The notes under the pieces were generated by a model. That model was not told the origin of the DNA, searched no databases, and saw nothing but the letters and a program-made list of their open reading frames with translations. From Octopus vulgaris (taxonomy: Eukaryota), in NCBI GenBank assembly GCA_951406725.2, contig OX597818.1, forward strand, positions 65,968,001 through 66,032,000: a stretch of 64,000 nt of DNA, written 5' to 3'. The translations under genes were made by a program, and so were the position numbers. Below, piece after piece: positions 39,626 through 53,769 of this stretch (its first letter is position 1; the number at the start of each line of letters is the position of its first letter).

Positions 39626-41444
39626 ATGTATGTATGTATTCATACATGTTTTTATATCTATACCGACGTGATCGTGTTCGATATATTTTGCAATTGTGCA
39701 ATCAATAATTGATTTGAAGATAATTTTTGACAACCCGACCTCTTTTACTCACCCAGTTATAAGCAAGTTTGTAATTTTACTTTGATCTATCGCAGCCCTT
39801 CGTTCTCTTAAAAAATTATGAATTTATGTCAATAATTTTTCTTGGTCGGCAAGAAAAGGGCATAGCGCTGATGACTAAATCCTAACAGTAACAACATTTA
39901 TGGTAAATCATGCTTAGACATAAACAAGTAGACATCTTAATTTTGTTTTTAATTGAATGTTACCAGTTTAACATAAAATTTCCTATCCAAGTCTAACTTT
40001 CACCCAGCTTCACACGCAAAAACATTTTGACCCATTCATAACGGAAAAAGTACTCCACGTCCGTCACATTTATTAGCTGCGGCTACTAAACGATACGAAG
40101 ATCTTTTGATAAACCTGAAAAACTGCCGAAACCATTCACACCTGACAAAAGTCATGTAATTTTCTGTCATTCTCCTTCCAATTTCTGCACAGCCATATTT
40201 CTCTACAAACATACGGCGAAATGAATATTTTAAAACAAAAGTAAAAAACGAAAAATCTCTTTTATTCATTTCTAAATATTTTTCTTTGTCAACTTAGATT
40301 CATAAATATAACTATAAACCATAGTTTGATTTTTTTCAGAACCAGGTCTGTCATAAACGAAAAAAACAAAACAACATACAATAAGTGATTTCCCAAATGC
40401 AATATCTTGACAGTGTTTATCGTACTATAAGTCCTTGGCTACATTATCCTAAATAATAGATGTCTTTAACTTTTTAAAAGCGTAATATATTAAGGTTTGC
40501 TTTGTTTCTCTTTCTGGTGGTTAGGGCGACTATGTAGGTGTCCATTTTCTGCGCCTATATCTTTTTTGTTATCCATTCCATATATATTAGAACTACTAAT
40601 TCACCGTTTAATATCTTTTCTGCTACATGTTCCTAAAACATCAGACTCTCAGAATCGTTACCGAATCAGTTATATCCCTAAACGCCATTTCTGCCAAGTC
40701 TTTACGTTCTAAGTTCAGATCTGGCAGAGATAAAATTTGTCATCCATCCTTCCGATAAAACCAAGAACCAGTCAAATACTAGGGTTGATATACTCGAGTA
40801 AACCCTCCTCCAGATATCATACCTTGAGCCTGTGTAAGAAATCTTATTTACACACAGAGATATACTTCTCTCCTTCTCGTTCTTACTTCCATTCCTGTAA
40901 ATTGGCTGAGCATCTTCAAGGATCAAAAGCTGTATTTTGTTGTAGGCTAATGATTCATGATTGCTAACGTGGTTACAACACGAAAGTGAAACTTTTCTGG
41001 AATTTTCTTCTTCATTTATCATACAAAATAATTGGAAGACTTTCGGTAGTCAATAGCGAAAAGTCCCTGAAGTGTATGTTTGTCGTTTACTCCAATAAGT
41101 AGCCCTTGCCATGATTTTCTAGATATTTCCTTTGAGTAAAGCGTAACATTGGCAAAGATATAGTGTTGTAAATCGCTATTCAGGTTAGTCTTCCAGAGAA
41201 ATTTAAAATGAAATATTTCCACATTTCATTCTTTTACAGAAACCATAAGTCTATGACCGATCCCTAGAGTAAATCAAAATATATTTCATGCATTAAAGCA
41301 GAATCCGTGAGACGGAATTGCTACCATTATGTAAATAAAGTAAAACAGGCTGACTGCAATCACTGTACACAGCACCGCTGTTAATGCTAAGAAAATGTTT
41401 TCTAGTAATCACATGAAAGAGTTTCCAATCTTAGTAATGTAGGT

Positions 41445-41495
<51 letters not shown>

Positions 41496-42254
41496 TTAAA
41501 TCTCATTCTATGATTAGTTTGTTTTTAATATCTGTGATTATATCATTTACAGATTAATGTGAATGGGAACTATGAAAGAAACTTCCATTGAATCATTAAG
41601 AAATAATTGGACGACGACATCAAACCAGACAACCATTTAAGGAGACACTCAGACAAGGACAGCTGCTACAAACTCAATAACAGGCCATTTTCAGCCATAA
41701 AGCGACAAAAAGCTGAGAGAAAATTAATTAAGGCAGTGCTTCTCTATGGCCACAGTCCTAAGACTGAAGCCTTGAATATAAAAGCATAAACGCTTTTTGC
41801 AACTGCTTTTATTGGATCAATAAATGTTTCTAGCTATCATAAATTGTAATGGTTCACGTCACCTTCATGTTTATTTTTGCAAGTTGTGGGAATGCTGAGT
41901 TGAATTTTGAAAATACGGCCAACAGATACTTAAAAATACGAACGGCTCAATGTGTGATATGAAAACCCTTCACTCTCGACTCCTTTCTGTTGAAATCATT
42001 GCTTTAAATTTACCGCTTAACATAGAATTACTTAAGCAATATTTCTTATATATATATGCTTAACATGCACAATATCTAACTATATATATATATATTTCAG
42101 TAGGTGAATGAATTATCCTAGTATGGATAATTCGGTTAATCGATACCTGAGTAGCAGAATTCCTTCAGAATTAGGGGTATGCAGTCTTCGAAACATATGT
42201 CGAAAGTAAAGAAATTTTGTTAAAATCTTCGTTCGACTACATTCTTTTCATTTA

Positions 42255-42290
<36 letters not shown>

Positions 42291-42412
42291 TAATAATAAT
42301 AATAATAATATTAGGGAGTAAATCCAAACTTACAGGGAAAAATTAGATTTAGGATTAGATCTAATTTTACAGTATAAATATATATATATATATTTTATAT
42401 ATATATATATAT

Positions 42413-42565
42413 ATATTAAATTAGAGATAAAACCACTATTAGGCAAATCAAACAGTAAAAAACATAAACCAAAACATAGAAATAATTTTTTATTTCTATG
42501 TTATGGTTCATGTTTTTCACTGTTTGATTTGCCTAATAGTGGTTTTTTTATCTCTAATTTAATAT
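42413..42565. repeat. Near-perfect palindrome in (TA)n
   Basis: ATTAAATTAGAGATAAAACCACTATTAGGCAAATCAAACAGT...ACATAGAAATAA, a TTTT spacer, then the reverse complement with 3 substitutions and a T-run indel. Confidence 0.92.
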
Positions 42566-42590
42566 ATATATATATATATACACATACACA

Positions 42591-42637
<47 letters not shown>

Positions 42638-45600
42638 TTACACACACACACAAGCACACATATATATATACACACAACAGTAAAATTTGCGCATCACACT
42701 GCAGTAAGAGATATTCGAGTTTCGACTTTTTAAAACAAATATATTTCAATGCTACCGTTAAGAAACACTCAAGAATGGTGAACATCAGAGGGTCCTCAGA
42801 GAAGTGACCACAATCAGACAAATATTTGAGCCTTGACCTCTTACTCTCTAAGCATTCAAGCCCTAGGCAGGTCATAACAGTTTAGGTATATATCTGGTGT
42901 TTAGGTGTTTAGGCTCGAAGGTGTTTAGGCTCGAAGGTGTCCGAGTGTTGTGCATTTAAAACGATTGGAAATTTAATCTATTTGTAAGTCTTCTCCTTTG
43001 ATTCAATTTTCAAGCACTTAAGCGAAGAAGAAATTGCGATGGTGTTTTGGTAGCGGTGAAACATCAACGTTATCACAAAGGCTCAGCCTAGGAAAATATC
43101 TTGCTTTGAAACAGTATGGCAGTCGCTTTTGTTCCCCTTCGACCAGATCAGGTTGTAACATCTCTCTGCTATCTCTGATATTGATTTCGGGGATTTGGTC
43201 GTGTTTTTCCCCCAGAGACTGAGAGTTGTTTATTTAATTGTTAGCAGATTTCCTCGTAACACCCCTTGCTTCCAAACTGTAAGATGAGAACCGTTACCCC
43301 AAATTCCAGAAAATAGAAGACAATTATGACACAGACATACACACGAGAGGCAGAAAGTCAACCATTAGACTTTACTGAACATTAGCAGCATAAACTGGTT
43401 AGAAATATAGTTTCGAATATAAGTTTAACGCATAATAACACATAAGTACACATATACACATATGTGTGTGCGTATGTGAGTGTGTATGTGTATATTAATG
43501 TGTTTTTATGTCGAGTTATAATAAAAACAATTTGACATTAAATTGAAGAATAACTCGATCCATTTTTATTAGAATAAATATGCATAGTACCACATTTCGT
43601 ATCGCTTACTTCTTTGAAGTGAAGTTTTATTCTTTTCGTTACCTGTGTTTCATGTGAATCACTCTATCTACCTATCTCACTCACTCACTCACTCTCTCTC
43701 TCTCTCTCTCTCTCGTTCTTCCTATCTCTCTTGTAGAAACCATAGAACTGATGCCATTAATGTAATTCCAACTTATCTCGTCCCATAAACAAAAAAGAAC
43801 AACACTACCAACAACAACACTAAAGCAAAATGCACCCAAGTCATTTATTTGGCAGGTAACAATATTACCAAAGCCGTACAAAGTTTCAATAATTAATGGA
43901 ATAAAACATTTGATTTAAAATTATCAGTCCGTATTGGGAAAACCTGTTCTGAAATAGGAAAATAGGAATTAACAAAAAACAAAGTAGGTAACAGAAATTA
44001 GGAAATATTTTACATTTTTATTTAGGAATTATAAAAATATGTCATTTTTTCTCTCTTAACAGAAATGTCGGAATGACAGAACATGGCGATGAGGAGCAGT
44101 GGTAGTAAGCGAATCGGAATGAAATTTCAGAAAAAAGATACTGAAATAATGATTTGTTGTTTAATTTAACATAAGGTATTTTTCCCTGCCGATGAGGAAT
44201 ATGTGGACTCCATGCCTACCTGTCCGTTGTTTCCTTTGAATTTCTTCTACGTTGGTTAGGTGCATTAATCATATTGACGGTAGAGTATTTTTTTGTGAGT
44301 AGTAATTGATATTTATGGCAACTGGTGCAACTATTTAAAGTCTTGGTTCGTAGAATCATAAAAAATGCTAGGATGATATGTAGAGGGAATTTGTAAATAA
44401 TGTCTGCTGACTAGCAAAACAGTAGCGTCACGTATTAATGGACATTCAAGTGTCATGTGAATGGGCATTATTCAGGAGGTTTCACGCTCTTGGACGGTTA
44501 AAATTATTGAGGAAACTTGGTATCAATCGATCTTGCTTCCCGTACCTGTGTCAGACTGAAAATCGCAGACTTATATCCTGAGCTTTACGGAAGTTTTAGT
44601 TGCATTCAGCGCACTTGAAACGTGTAAACTGATGCATTTAATGACATGGTGAGATTTTCCTGATTACGTTAAATCCTCTATAATTTTAAATTTCAGACTC
44701 TGTTTCTCAGTGATTTTTATAGTCAATGGTGATGTTCTTTGTCTGTCTGAGAACATTTTCGCTCCTGACAACATCACTACTCAATAACACGTGATTTTAG
44801 GACAGCGATGCCCTGTTTTGGGAGTGTGAGTACTTGATAATATTCCAGCTATCCAAACATTGCCACTGATTCAGAACTGCAGCTCCATAATTCTTGCAAA
44901 GTGCTGGAAATGTTAGATTAGAGAGGATAGAGAAATATGCTTACATTCTTTGAATAACGGTTAATGTTGCTGTCTGAGATTAAAGACTTGCTTACACCTA
45001 ATGAGTCTCTGAAATCATCCTCTCAGCGGAACTGGTGTTATTAGCTTGAAATTTTCCTCCGAAAAGTAAAATAACATTTGCACCTGAAACGAAAATGGCT
45101 TAAAATCTGATCAGGTGCAAGTAATGACAATGCAAGGATCAGGCTATAATGTAATAGTGACACAAAGCTCAACCTTCAAGAATACTTGTTTCCGAATACC
45201 GAATGTAGCGAGAGGGTCATTCTTTTAAATTATTCGCTCAGATTCATATCCATATGAAAACCTTGAACGATGCATGCAGCATTCTTGCTGGTCGTTATTT
45301 TCATGTTCCTCATTGCCAAAAGCAATGTCTTCAAATATACCCTTTAGTTGAAGATGAGAGTTAAGACTCGTCTTCTACTAGGACAAACTTTTCAAATGGA
45401 AAATTCTCAAAGTTTATGTATTTGTAGAATGATTCAAACCGGGGCTTGGATGTTTTCAAAATGGTTAATGGGAACTCCAGATACATTCTGACCATATTTT
45501 GGACAACTTTGTGTGCATATACTGTGATTTAACATGTAGTCTGTTCCAGTATTCGTTACGATTTAACCCTTATGCCAGTGTATCATATACCCCCACTGCG

Positions 45601-45639
45601 GTGAGGTAACATAGTCCTCAGCTTGCAGCACAAAAAGCT

Positions 45640-45815
45640 TACCAGCATTTCATCCGTCTTTACGTGGTGAATTAAATTTCCAGCGAGGTGGACCGTGTCT
45701 GTCCTCCTTGAAGGTTAATAAAATAATTACCACTTAAACAATAGGGGTCGATGTAAAGGATTTGAATATTTGCCTCGCTTTTGAAATTGCTGGCCTTGTG
45801 CCGTAAATTGAAATC
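45640..45815 (+). mobile_element. SINE family A, old short-tail copy
   Basis: AAATTTCCAGCGAGGTGGAC..GGGGTCGATGTAA..GAAATTGCTGGCCTTGTGCC. Confidence 0.55.
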
Positions 45816-47890
45816 AATAATTGTATTAATTTTTGTTATCGCTACATAAATTACTATGATGATTATGATGATGATGATGCCGACAACGATGACGACGACG
45901 GCGGCGGCGGCGGCACAGACGGCATCAATGACGATGGTGATGATTCTGCTCCTCCTGCGCCTGCTAGCCCTGCTGCTCCTGCTGCCCCTGCTGCTTCTAC
46001 TGCCATTGTTGCTGTACATGATTTCTATTTTCACTAACAACATTATGATAAATATCATTAAATATTTGATATTTTGTTTTAGACACTCTGTAATTTGTAA
46101 TTAATTTGGAATCTCCATCAAATATTTTCAAAGTAGTTCTTTGCCTCAGGTAACGAGTGCTAATCCTTACACAAAACAACAAGACAGCAATAATAAATTA
46201 ATAAGCACAAAAAAAATAATACAAAACAACAAAGCTAAAAGCAACAATTTAGAAAGAAATGGTGAATAAAGAAAAAAAATATTTCTTTGAATTCTTTGCA
46301 AAAACTAGAACGAAGACTTTGGTAATAGCATGGAGCTAAATATCCAACAGTCTTCATACACCAGTAATTAAGATACAGTTTATTTCGTCTTCTTCCTCAT
46401 GCCTCTTCTTTTAATTAATTTCTTTTTCATTTGGCTATCGTTTTATCTTTTTTTGTTTCGATCTCTTGAACCCTCCCCACCCTTCTCTCTTGTATTCGTG
46501 TGAATCCGTGTGTCGCTTCGTACACCTCTGTCTCTATGTGAACATACGTGTTTCTTATAATTTCATGTTTAGATATGTATACGTGTGTTGTTAGGTTGGT
46601 GTGTTTTGTGTGTTGGAAACTTCTTCGTGGCACCAGAAATTCATATCTGCGAGAAGATTCCAAACTAAGATAAAGAGGATCAAAAAGTAAACAGCCCCAT
46701 AAATATTCTAAAATATGCAAATAATAGTCACCATATTACTTTTCGTAATACAATTTTTATGAAGTTCGTATTCACTTTTGATATTTAAATTATGTATTAC
46801 TAGAATCTGTTTTAAATGTTTGCTTTGTATAAGATCATTTCGGGATTATTATTTCCCTTACGTCGCAGGTGCAGAAGTGGAGCAGATGTGATAAATTGTA
46901 AAGCAAACAATCTGATGGACGTGGTTTCAAGTCCAGTTGCCACCGATTTTAGTACAGCTGCAGTTAATAAATAGAAGGCATTAAATCGCTTCTTGAACGT
47001 CGTCTTCATGTACGACGCCAGCAATCTTTGTTGATGATATATATATATATATTTGTTTTATTTTTTTATTTATCAAGTCATATCTTGAAATTTGTTCTTC
47101 ATAGCATTTTTATCGATTCAAATGTTATCAATCACTTAAATGAAAATCAGGAGTTTTTCACGGCGAGACAAACATGACATTCTAACATTCTCTGCCTAAT
47201 GTAATAAGATTTATCATGTTTATGACTCAGAAAACTCAAGTAATTCTAATAAATATTAAACACGATAATAAACCAAACAACAAATGTTTGTATGTTTTGC
47301 GTCTAACGTAGTAAAGTTTATGCAAGATCGGACAACGTTTGATAATGCTTGAAGACGGCTACGTGAAGCTTATTGACGAATTTCAAATGTTGATGAGTAG
47401 GAATCTGGAACCGATTATGACAGAAAAGCGGTGGCCCTGTTTCAACTGTTGGAAACGTAAACGTCCTTTCAATTCATTAACTTCCGATCGAACTCAGAAA
47501 TACTATGGCTCACTGCACCATATCTTGATTGGCAGAGAGTTAGTCGTTCACGGTGTTGCTTTCCAAAACACAATGAAATCAAACAAACAGGAAACCTCCG
47601 AGTAATGGCGTTAAATCTCGTGTTAATTTTCACAGCTCTCACAGCTTTCATCATGGATTTGTATAAGCGGATCTGACCTAGGGCTAAAGAAAACTGAAAA
47701 TAGCAGCAATAATAACATCCTCAACGACAATAAGAATAATACCACTGCAAATATGACTTCTAATCTTCCATTTATGTAACCACAATTAATCACGTGACAG
47801 TAATTCAATCCAAAACTGAAATATTGTAGAGAATCATGATGCGTTTCAGATTTAGAAAGAGGGTGAAACAAATATTATTTTTGTGGAATA

Positions 47891-48125
47891 GGGCGGGGAG
47901 CTGGCAGAATCGTTAGCACGCCGGGCGAAATGCTTAGCAGTATTTCGCCTGCCGCTACCTTCTGAGTTCAAATTCCGCCCAGGTCGACTTTGCCTTTCAT
48001 CCTTTCGGGGTCGATTAAATAAGTACTAGTTACGCACTGGGGTCGATATAATCGACTTAATCCGTTTTTCTGGTCTTGTTTTTCCTCTCTGTGTTTAGCC
48101 CCTTGTGGGTAGTAAAGAAATAGGT
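47891..48125 (+). mobile_element. SINE family A monomer
   Basis: Matches 26881-27115. TSD TATTT(T/A)TGTGGAAT. Confidence 0.92.
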
Positions 48126-48319
48126 ATTTATGTGGAATTCAAACTGAGCAGAGAAACCCAGTTTTGCTATAGTGTCATTCTCTGAAAGGGAGACAACCAC
48201 AACAATAATACTTTAGCTGGCGAACATGTATATATAAAATACATGGAGTGCACAGAGAACAGTGAAAATCCAAACAATATGGTTTCAATTCATTCTTAGT
48301 ATGTTATGGTGTATTTCAT

Positions 48320-48672
48320 TTACTGTTGGGTTCAAGTGCTTACCGCTGGAGTCGATTTCGCTTTTCCCCATTTCGAGGTCGATAGAATAAATACGGACTG
48401 AGCACTAGGCCTAATTTAATTGACTTACCCACCTCCCCTAAAATTGCTGGCCTTGTGCCAAAATATGAAACCAATATTTCAGTTAATACTAAGTCTTCGA
48501 GCTGGCAGAATGATTAGATCTCCTGGTAAAATACTTATCGGCATTTTGTCCTTCTTACATTCTGAATTCGAAACCCGTCGAGTTGACTTTACCTGTCATT
48601 CTTTCGGGGTTGATAAAATTTAAATGCTCTGCCTTGAAATTACTGGCCTTGTAGCAAAATTTAGAAATCAAA
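48320..48672 (+). mobile_element. Two adjacent old SINE family A short-tail copies
   Basis: Core-like blocks at ~48350 and ~48580, each ending AAATT(G/A)CTGGCCTTGT. Confidence 0.65.
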
Positions 48673-49659
48673 TTCTGATTTATTGTTGTCAGAGAATACC
48701 CTCTGTATTTTGACGATATATCTTCACAACTATTGCAATTCACTGGTAAAAGGGGACGTTGGAAAACCACTGTATTTCGGCCTTATTGTGTTTCGGGTGA
48801 GTCAGATTTTCTCCACTTGACTGATGAGACTCACAAGAGTCCGAGTCTTGTTTATAGATTTAGCAAATGCAATATTTGGTGTTACTTGCTGCTAAAGCAT
48901 ACTAATATTGATATGATTATGCTAAAATCATATCGTATAATATCCATCTTTTGTGTTAGGGAAGGTCATTATATCAATAATAATAAACACAAGCACTGGT
49001 TCAATGTCCTTTTTTGATTGTTAATCATTTGGTTAAATATCCTAAGCTATTTTTACGTCATATTATATCCACTTTGTGTCTTGGAGTGGGGTCATTACAC
49101 TAATACTAATAAACACACGTATAGGTTCAATATCACTTTGTTATTGTCAGTCAACTGGTTAAATATCTAACCAATTAACTAGTCAATCGTTTGTTTAATG
49201 AGTTGATTAAACAATAACCGGTTGGTCGCCAAGGGTTTTTTTCGCTATTCGTGACCTCATCAATGACATCCTTCCTATCTTCAAGGTCTCCCTTAAGTCC
49301 GTCCCAAGGTACAACACGGTCTGTTTCAAAAGACGGATCACATTAAGGATCTTGCATACAAAATACAAAAACGAACTAATGTATCACGTTCATTATTTAA
49401 AAGGATGTGTTATTCTGATGATTGTACCACACCTTACTGAAAATATTAAAACAGAAAATACTAAATGCTGTGTTTTGTTGTCAATGACTCATGAAAGTTC
49501 AACGAAAGAATCGAACAATCTGAGCAACACAGCTGAAATCCAGTATTGCCTCTTGCAGTGGCCAATTAATACATTTCGTCCCTGATTTATCCTAAAAGAT
49601 ATTTTATTTGATGTTAGCGGTCATTTCACTGAAGTATCAGTGAGCGATATAACGATAAA

Positions 49660-49898
49660 CGTCGCCCTTTTCAAACCTAACCAGGCTCATGGGCCCGGTT
49701 TCTATGGCGTATGTGCCCCCCCCCAGCTGGACGGGACGCCAGTCCATCGCAGTGTTACTCAAGAAACAGGAAGAGAGAGTTTGAGAAAGTTGTGGCGAAA
49801 GAGTGCAACAGGGGTCGCCAACCCCCCTGCCGGAGCATCGTGGAGCTTTTAGGAGTGTTCGCTCAATAAACACACACAACGCCCGGTCTGGGAATCGA
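49660..49898 (-). mobile_element. SINE family D, minus copy truncated at the B box
   Basis: CGCTCAATAAACAC..CGCCCGGTCTGGGAATCGAAAC matches 55010-55052. Confidence 0.8.
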
Positions 49899-49902
49899 AA
49901 CT

Positions 49903-50220
49903 CCGATTCCCAGACCGGACGTTGTGAGTGCTTATTAAGCGAAAACACTTAAAGCTGTACGATGCTCCAGCAGGGGGTGGTGGCGAACCCTACTCTATTC
50001 TTTCACCATAACTTTCACTCACTCTTTGTTTCTGTTGTACATGTATTTTAAAGGCCAGCCTTGTCAAACTCTGTGTCACGCTGAATCTCCCCGAGAACTA
50101 GGTTAACGATACACGTGTCTGTGGAATGCTCAGCCACTTGTACGTTAATTTTACTACCAGGTTGATCCGTTGAGCGGATCAACTGGAACCCACATCGTCG
50201 TAACCGACGGAGTACCACAA
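49903..50220 (+). mobile_element. SINE family D, plus copy starting at the B box
   Basis: Reverse complement of 54730-55050 along its length, ending GTCGTAACCGACGGAGTACCAC. Confidence 0.85.
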
Positions 50221-53112
50221 TCTTCATGAACGTAAATTGCCGCTTGAATTACTTTTGGTTTATTAATAGTAAGACAAAATATTGAAGAAAATATTTTCTC
50301 CCAGTTAAATCCCTTATCATTAAAGCATCGATGATAATCTTCGTAATGAGGAGGATCGAAGATTTATGAGAATACCAGAGCGATATATCTGAAATATTTG
50401 TTGTGTGTGTATGTGTGTGTGTGTGAAATTCAGAAGTAAAAATATCTCAGCTGATAATATAAGAAACAAGATATCATCGAGAGGTGATCAGAAAAAAGGT
50501 GGCTGTTTACTGCTTCAGTAGATTTCATAAAAACTGGCCAGCATTTGTAAATTATATTCTATGACGCAGGAGAACCGTAGCATAAAGGAAGCGTCATTCA
50601 AGCATGTAGTTGCTTATTTGAAATAAGGGATTTTTATACGATTTCTCGTTGGTCATCATGCTCTTCTTGTCTGATGTCTTTGAATGTACTTGTTTCAGTG
50701 GAAACGGAACTGCAGAAGGAATCCAGGTGGATCCATCCGCTGAATGTTGATGTATCGCAAATCCTTATCCAAGCATAAATGCTGGATGATAAACTGTAGA
50801 ATAGATTCCAAATTTCATATAAAGATTGTTTTTCGGAATATTTGTCTCCAGAACACCAAAAGATATATTCTATCAGATTTAATGACTGGAAACAAACTTA
50901 TAAGTAATGTTGTTTAGTTCTATGCAATATCTTCATTGTTGTCCTATTCTGCCTAGAAAAGAAACGAAAATATAAATACGATATATTTATTGGATTAGAA
51001 GAAATGGGATCTACATTAACTGGTGGCCGGAGGGCGGCACGCGTATGGGCGAATGAATGTGTTTATGTGCATATGCAGGTTCGTGCGTGTGCTGTGGATC
51101 TGTTGTGTAGTGTGTAGTGTGAGTGTACGTGTATAGTGTGTGCGTCTGTGTATGTGTGTAGTATGTCACTGTGCATGTGAATGTAGTGTGTGCGTGTGTG
51201 TATGTGTGTAGTGTGCCAGTGTGTGTGTGTGTGTGTGAGTGTGCGTGTAGTGTGTCAGTGTTGATGCGTGTGTATATGGTGAGTGTATGTGTATGTGTGT
51301 GTGCAGTTTGTCACTGTGTCTGTGTGTGTGTGTGTGGCGATTCTCTTTCTAAGGGAGGCTAACTCCACAGAATGAAGTATTCAAAGGACAATTGGAATCC
51401 AATCTGATGCTATTTTTTCCCTTCTTCTTACCAAATACTTGCAGCTTCCCATTGAAAAATACCGTCGAAGCATGGACGAAATACTTTAACTTATTCATTG
51501 CAACGAATGCCGTCCCGAGTTCAAATCTCAATAAAAATACTTTGCTATGATAGTAACTCAATAAATATTCATAATAAGACATTCGCTACCGGAAGGCTCC
51601 AATATTTCGAGCTTTTCTGCAACAGCGCAACACCGGAGGCCTCGTAACATGCGGAAGGATTTTCTGCTGCACACTTAAGAACACTTCTTTAACTTTGAAG
51701 TAAATATCAAGAAAGAATTTTCTGTTTTAGTTTTGGGATTCCTCGGTGTGTGACTGGTTTTGCTGGTTTGCAGTGCTTAAGGGCGTTGGAAGAAAAGCAG
51801 TCGATTTATTGAAATGACTTGTTGGATAAGGACGGAACAATGTGAGACGACATAAATTAATCTAAAACAAGAAAAAAAAGGAAGTTGGAATTTTGGATTA
51901 TGTTTCAATATTTTGAGGCTGACGCTTTCTTCAGGACATGTGAAAAAGAAGGGAGATAAATCGTGGGATTACGATAAGGATGTACTGAATAAAGGACAAC
52001 ATTTAGTAATATAAGTTAATCACCAGCTTCATTTATTCTTTTCTTTTTTGGTAGTTTAATTTATATCCCGTTGCATTGTTCCAACCTCACACAAAAGTCT
52101 CGTTAACGTAATAACACATAATTCTTCACCAAGACTACTCCATGATACGTGCGTGTATATTTATGTGTGCGCGTGTATGTGTGCATGTGTGTGTGTATGT
52201 GTGTGTGCGCGCGTTTGGTTTATTACTGACTGCATTTTTGGTATGGATAGAAGACGGTTATCCACGCGTTTATACTTTGATGTCTAACTGTATTTATTGA
52301 TAAATTCACAAAAGTATTCTTGCATTTCGTTGTGTTCAGAAAATGTGAATATTGTAGATTGGAAGAATTGTGGAATTTCGGCAAGAATAGAAATAATTAC
52401 TAATAAAATGGAGAAAACCCTGACTTTCGGCTTAAAGATATTTACTTTGATGATAGAAACATGGTGATGATATTTTCTGATTCTTTTCCTATTTCTGTAA
52501 CTCCTTCAGTATTCGACATTCTTATCCGTGCCAGTTCGCTGTATTCAGTATTCTCCGGGCACGAAAAAATTAAGTTTCCATTATTGTAAAATTATACTTC
52601 ATTAAATATTTGTAAGTTAGTAGATGGCTTTGAAGTTTTAAACAAGTTAAGAATGACATTATCAATTATAGTCGTTAGAGATTCTATACATTAGATGATA
52701 TATGGATGCAATGAAATGTAAAAAGGGATAATGCAGCATTTAACATCTCTACTTCAAATTCTAAGCATTTAAGGAAACAGAACGATTCATTATACCACAT
52801 CCACACAATTAATAATCGCTTCAAGTATATAATTAATAACTTACTTGAGAATATTTAGCTTCAAATATCAGAACTATTCAACCAAAAGTCAAATATTTAA
52901 TGAAACAGATTTTCATTACAGTGAAATATTGAGCTCCAAGTAGGTTTAAATAGGAAATTTATATTATTAATCCTGCCTACAACATTTCTGTCAGAAACAA
53001 GGAGCAGCAGAAATACAAATAGTAAAAAATATCATCTGGTGTGATAAGAACGGGTTAATCTGAAAGTCAGATACATTGTCCAGATTAGTAGAAATGACAT
53101 ATGTTTTTTTTC

Positions 53113-53508
53113 CTTTCTGCTAAAGGCACAAGGCCGGAAATTGGTGGGGTTCGGACTAGTCGATTGCATCCACCCCTGTGCGTAGCTGGTACTTAATTTA
53201 TCGACCCCGAAAGGATGAAAGGCAAACTCGACCTCGGCGGAATTTGGACTCAGAACGTAGTGAGAGACGAAATACCTATTTCTTTACTACCCACAAGGGG
53301 CTGAACACAGAGAGGACAAACAAGGACAGACAAACACATTAAGTCGATTATATCGACCCCAGTGCATAAGTGGTACTGATTTAATCGACCCCGAAAGGAT
53401 GAAAGGCAAAGTCGAACTCGACGGAATTTGAACTCAGAATGTAGCGGCAGACGAAATACCGGAAAGCATTTCGCCTTGCGTGCTAACGTTTCTGCCAGCT
53501 CGTCGCCT
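53113..53508 (-). mobile_element. SINE family A dimer
   Basis: Core at 53203 and 53387 (184-bp period). Head at 53508 and AGGCACAAGGCC tail. Confidence 0.9.
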
Positions 53509-53769
53509 CAGGTTTTATCGCTACCAATTATCATCTTATGGGCTTGCATACTCTGTTCAATTCAATTTAATTTAATTTAATTTAATTGCCGCCGATTTGG
53601 AGTAAGAAAGCGACGGAGCTTTACCCGATTAAATAAGAAGCATTACCAGATGAATAAAAGAAAAACATCAAAATAACACATAAAATAAGTATATTCTATC
53701 CATTTTCCTTTATGGCTTTGATTTAAATTCTGACCTTAATTCTATCAGCATTTATCTAGAAATCTCCCT

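Noticed and set aside
42140-42210. Hammerhead at CTGAGTA...GAAACATATGTC
   Set aside because: GAAAC-atat-GTC looks like stem III, but the 5' core is not CUGANGA and I cannot pair stem I.
42896-42941. GGTGTTTAGGCTCGAA short tandem repeat
   Set aside because: About two units, consistent with ordinary slippage duplication.
45856-46020. Poly-M/T/A/L ORF resembling a signal peptide or homopolymer-rich exon
   Set aside because: It is a degenerate compound trinucleotide tract with no convincing splice sites.
47339-47654. Non-repetitive ORFs (88 aa plus, 61 aa minus)
   Set aside because: No motif I can recognise, and the lengths are within chance expectation.
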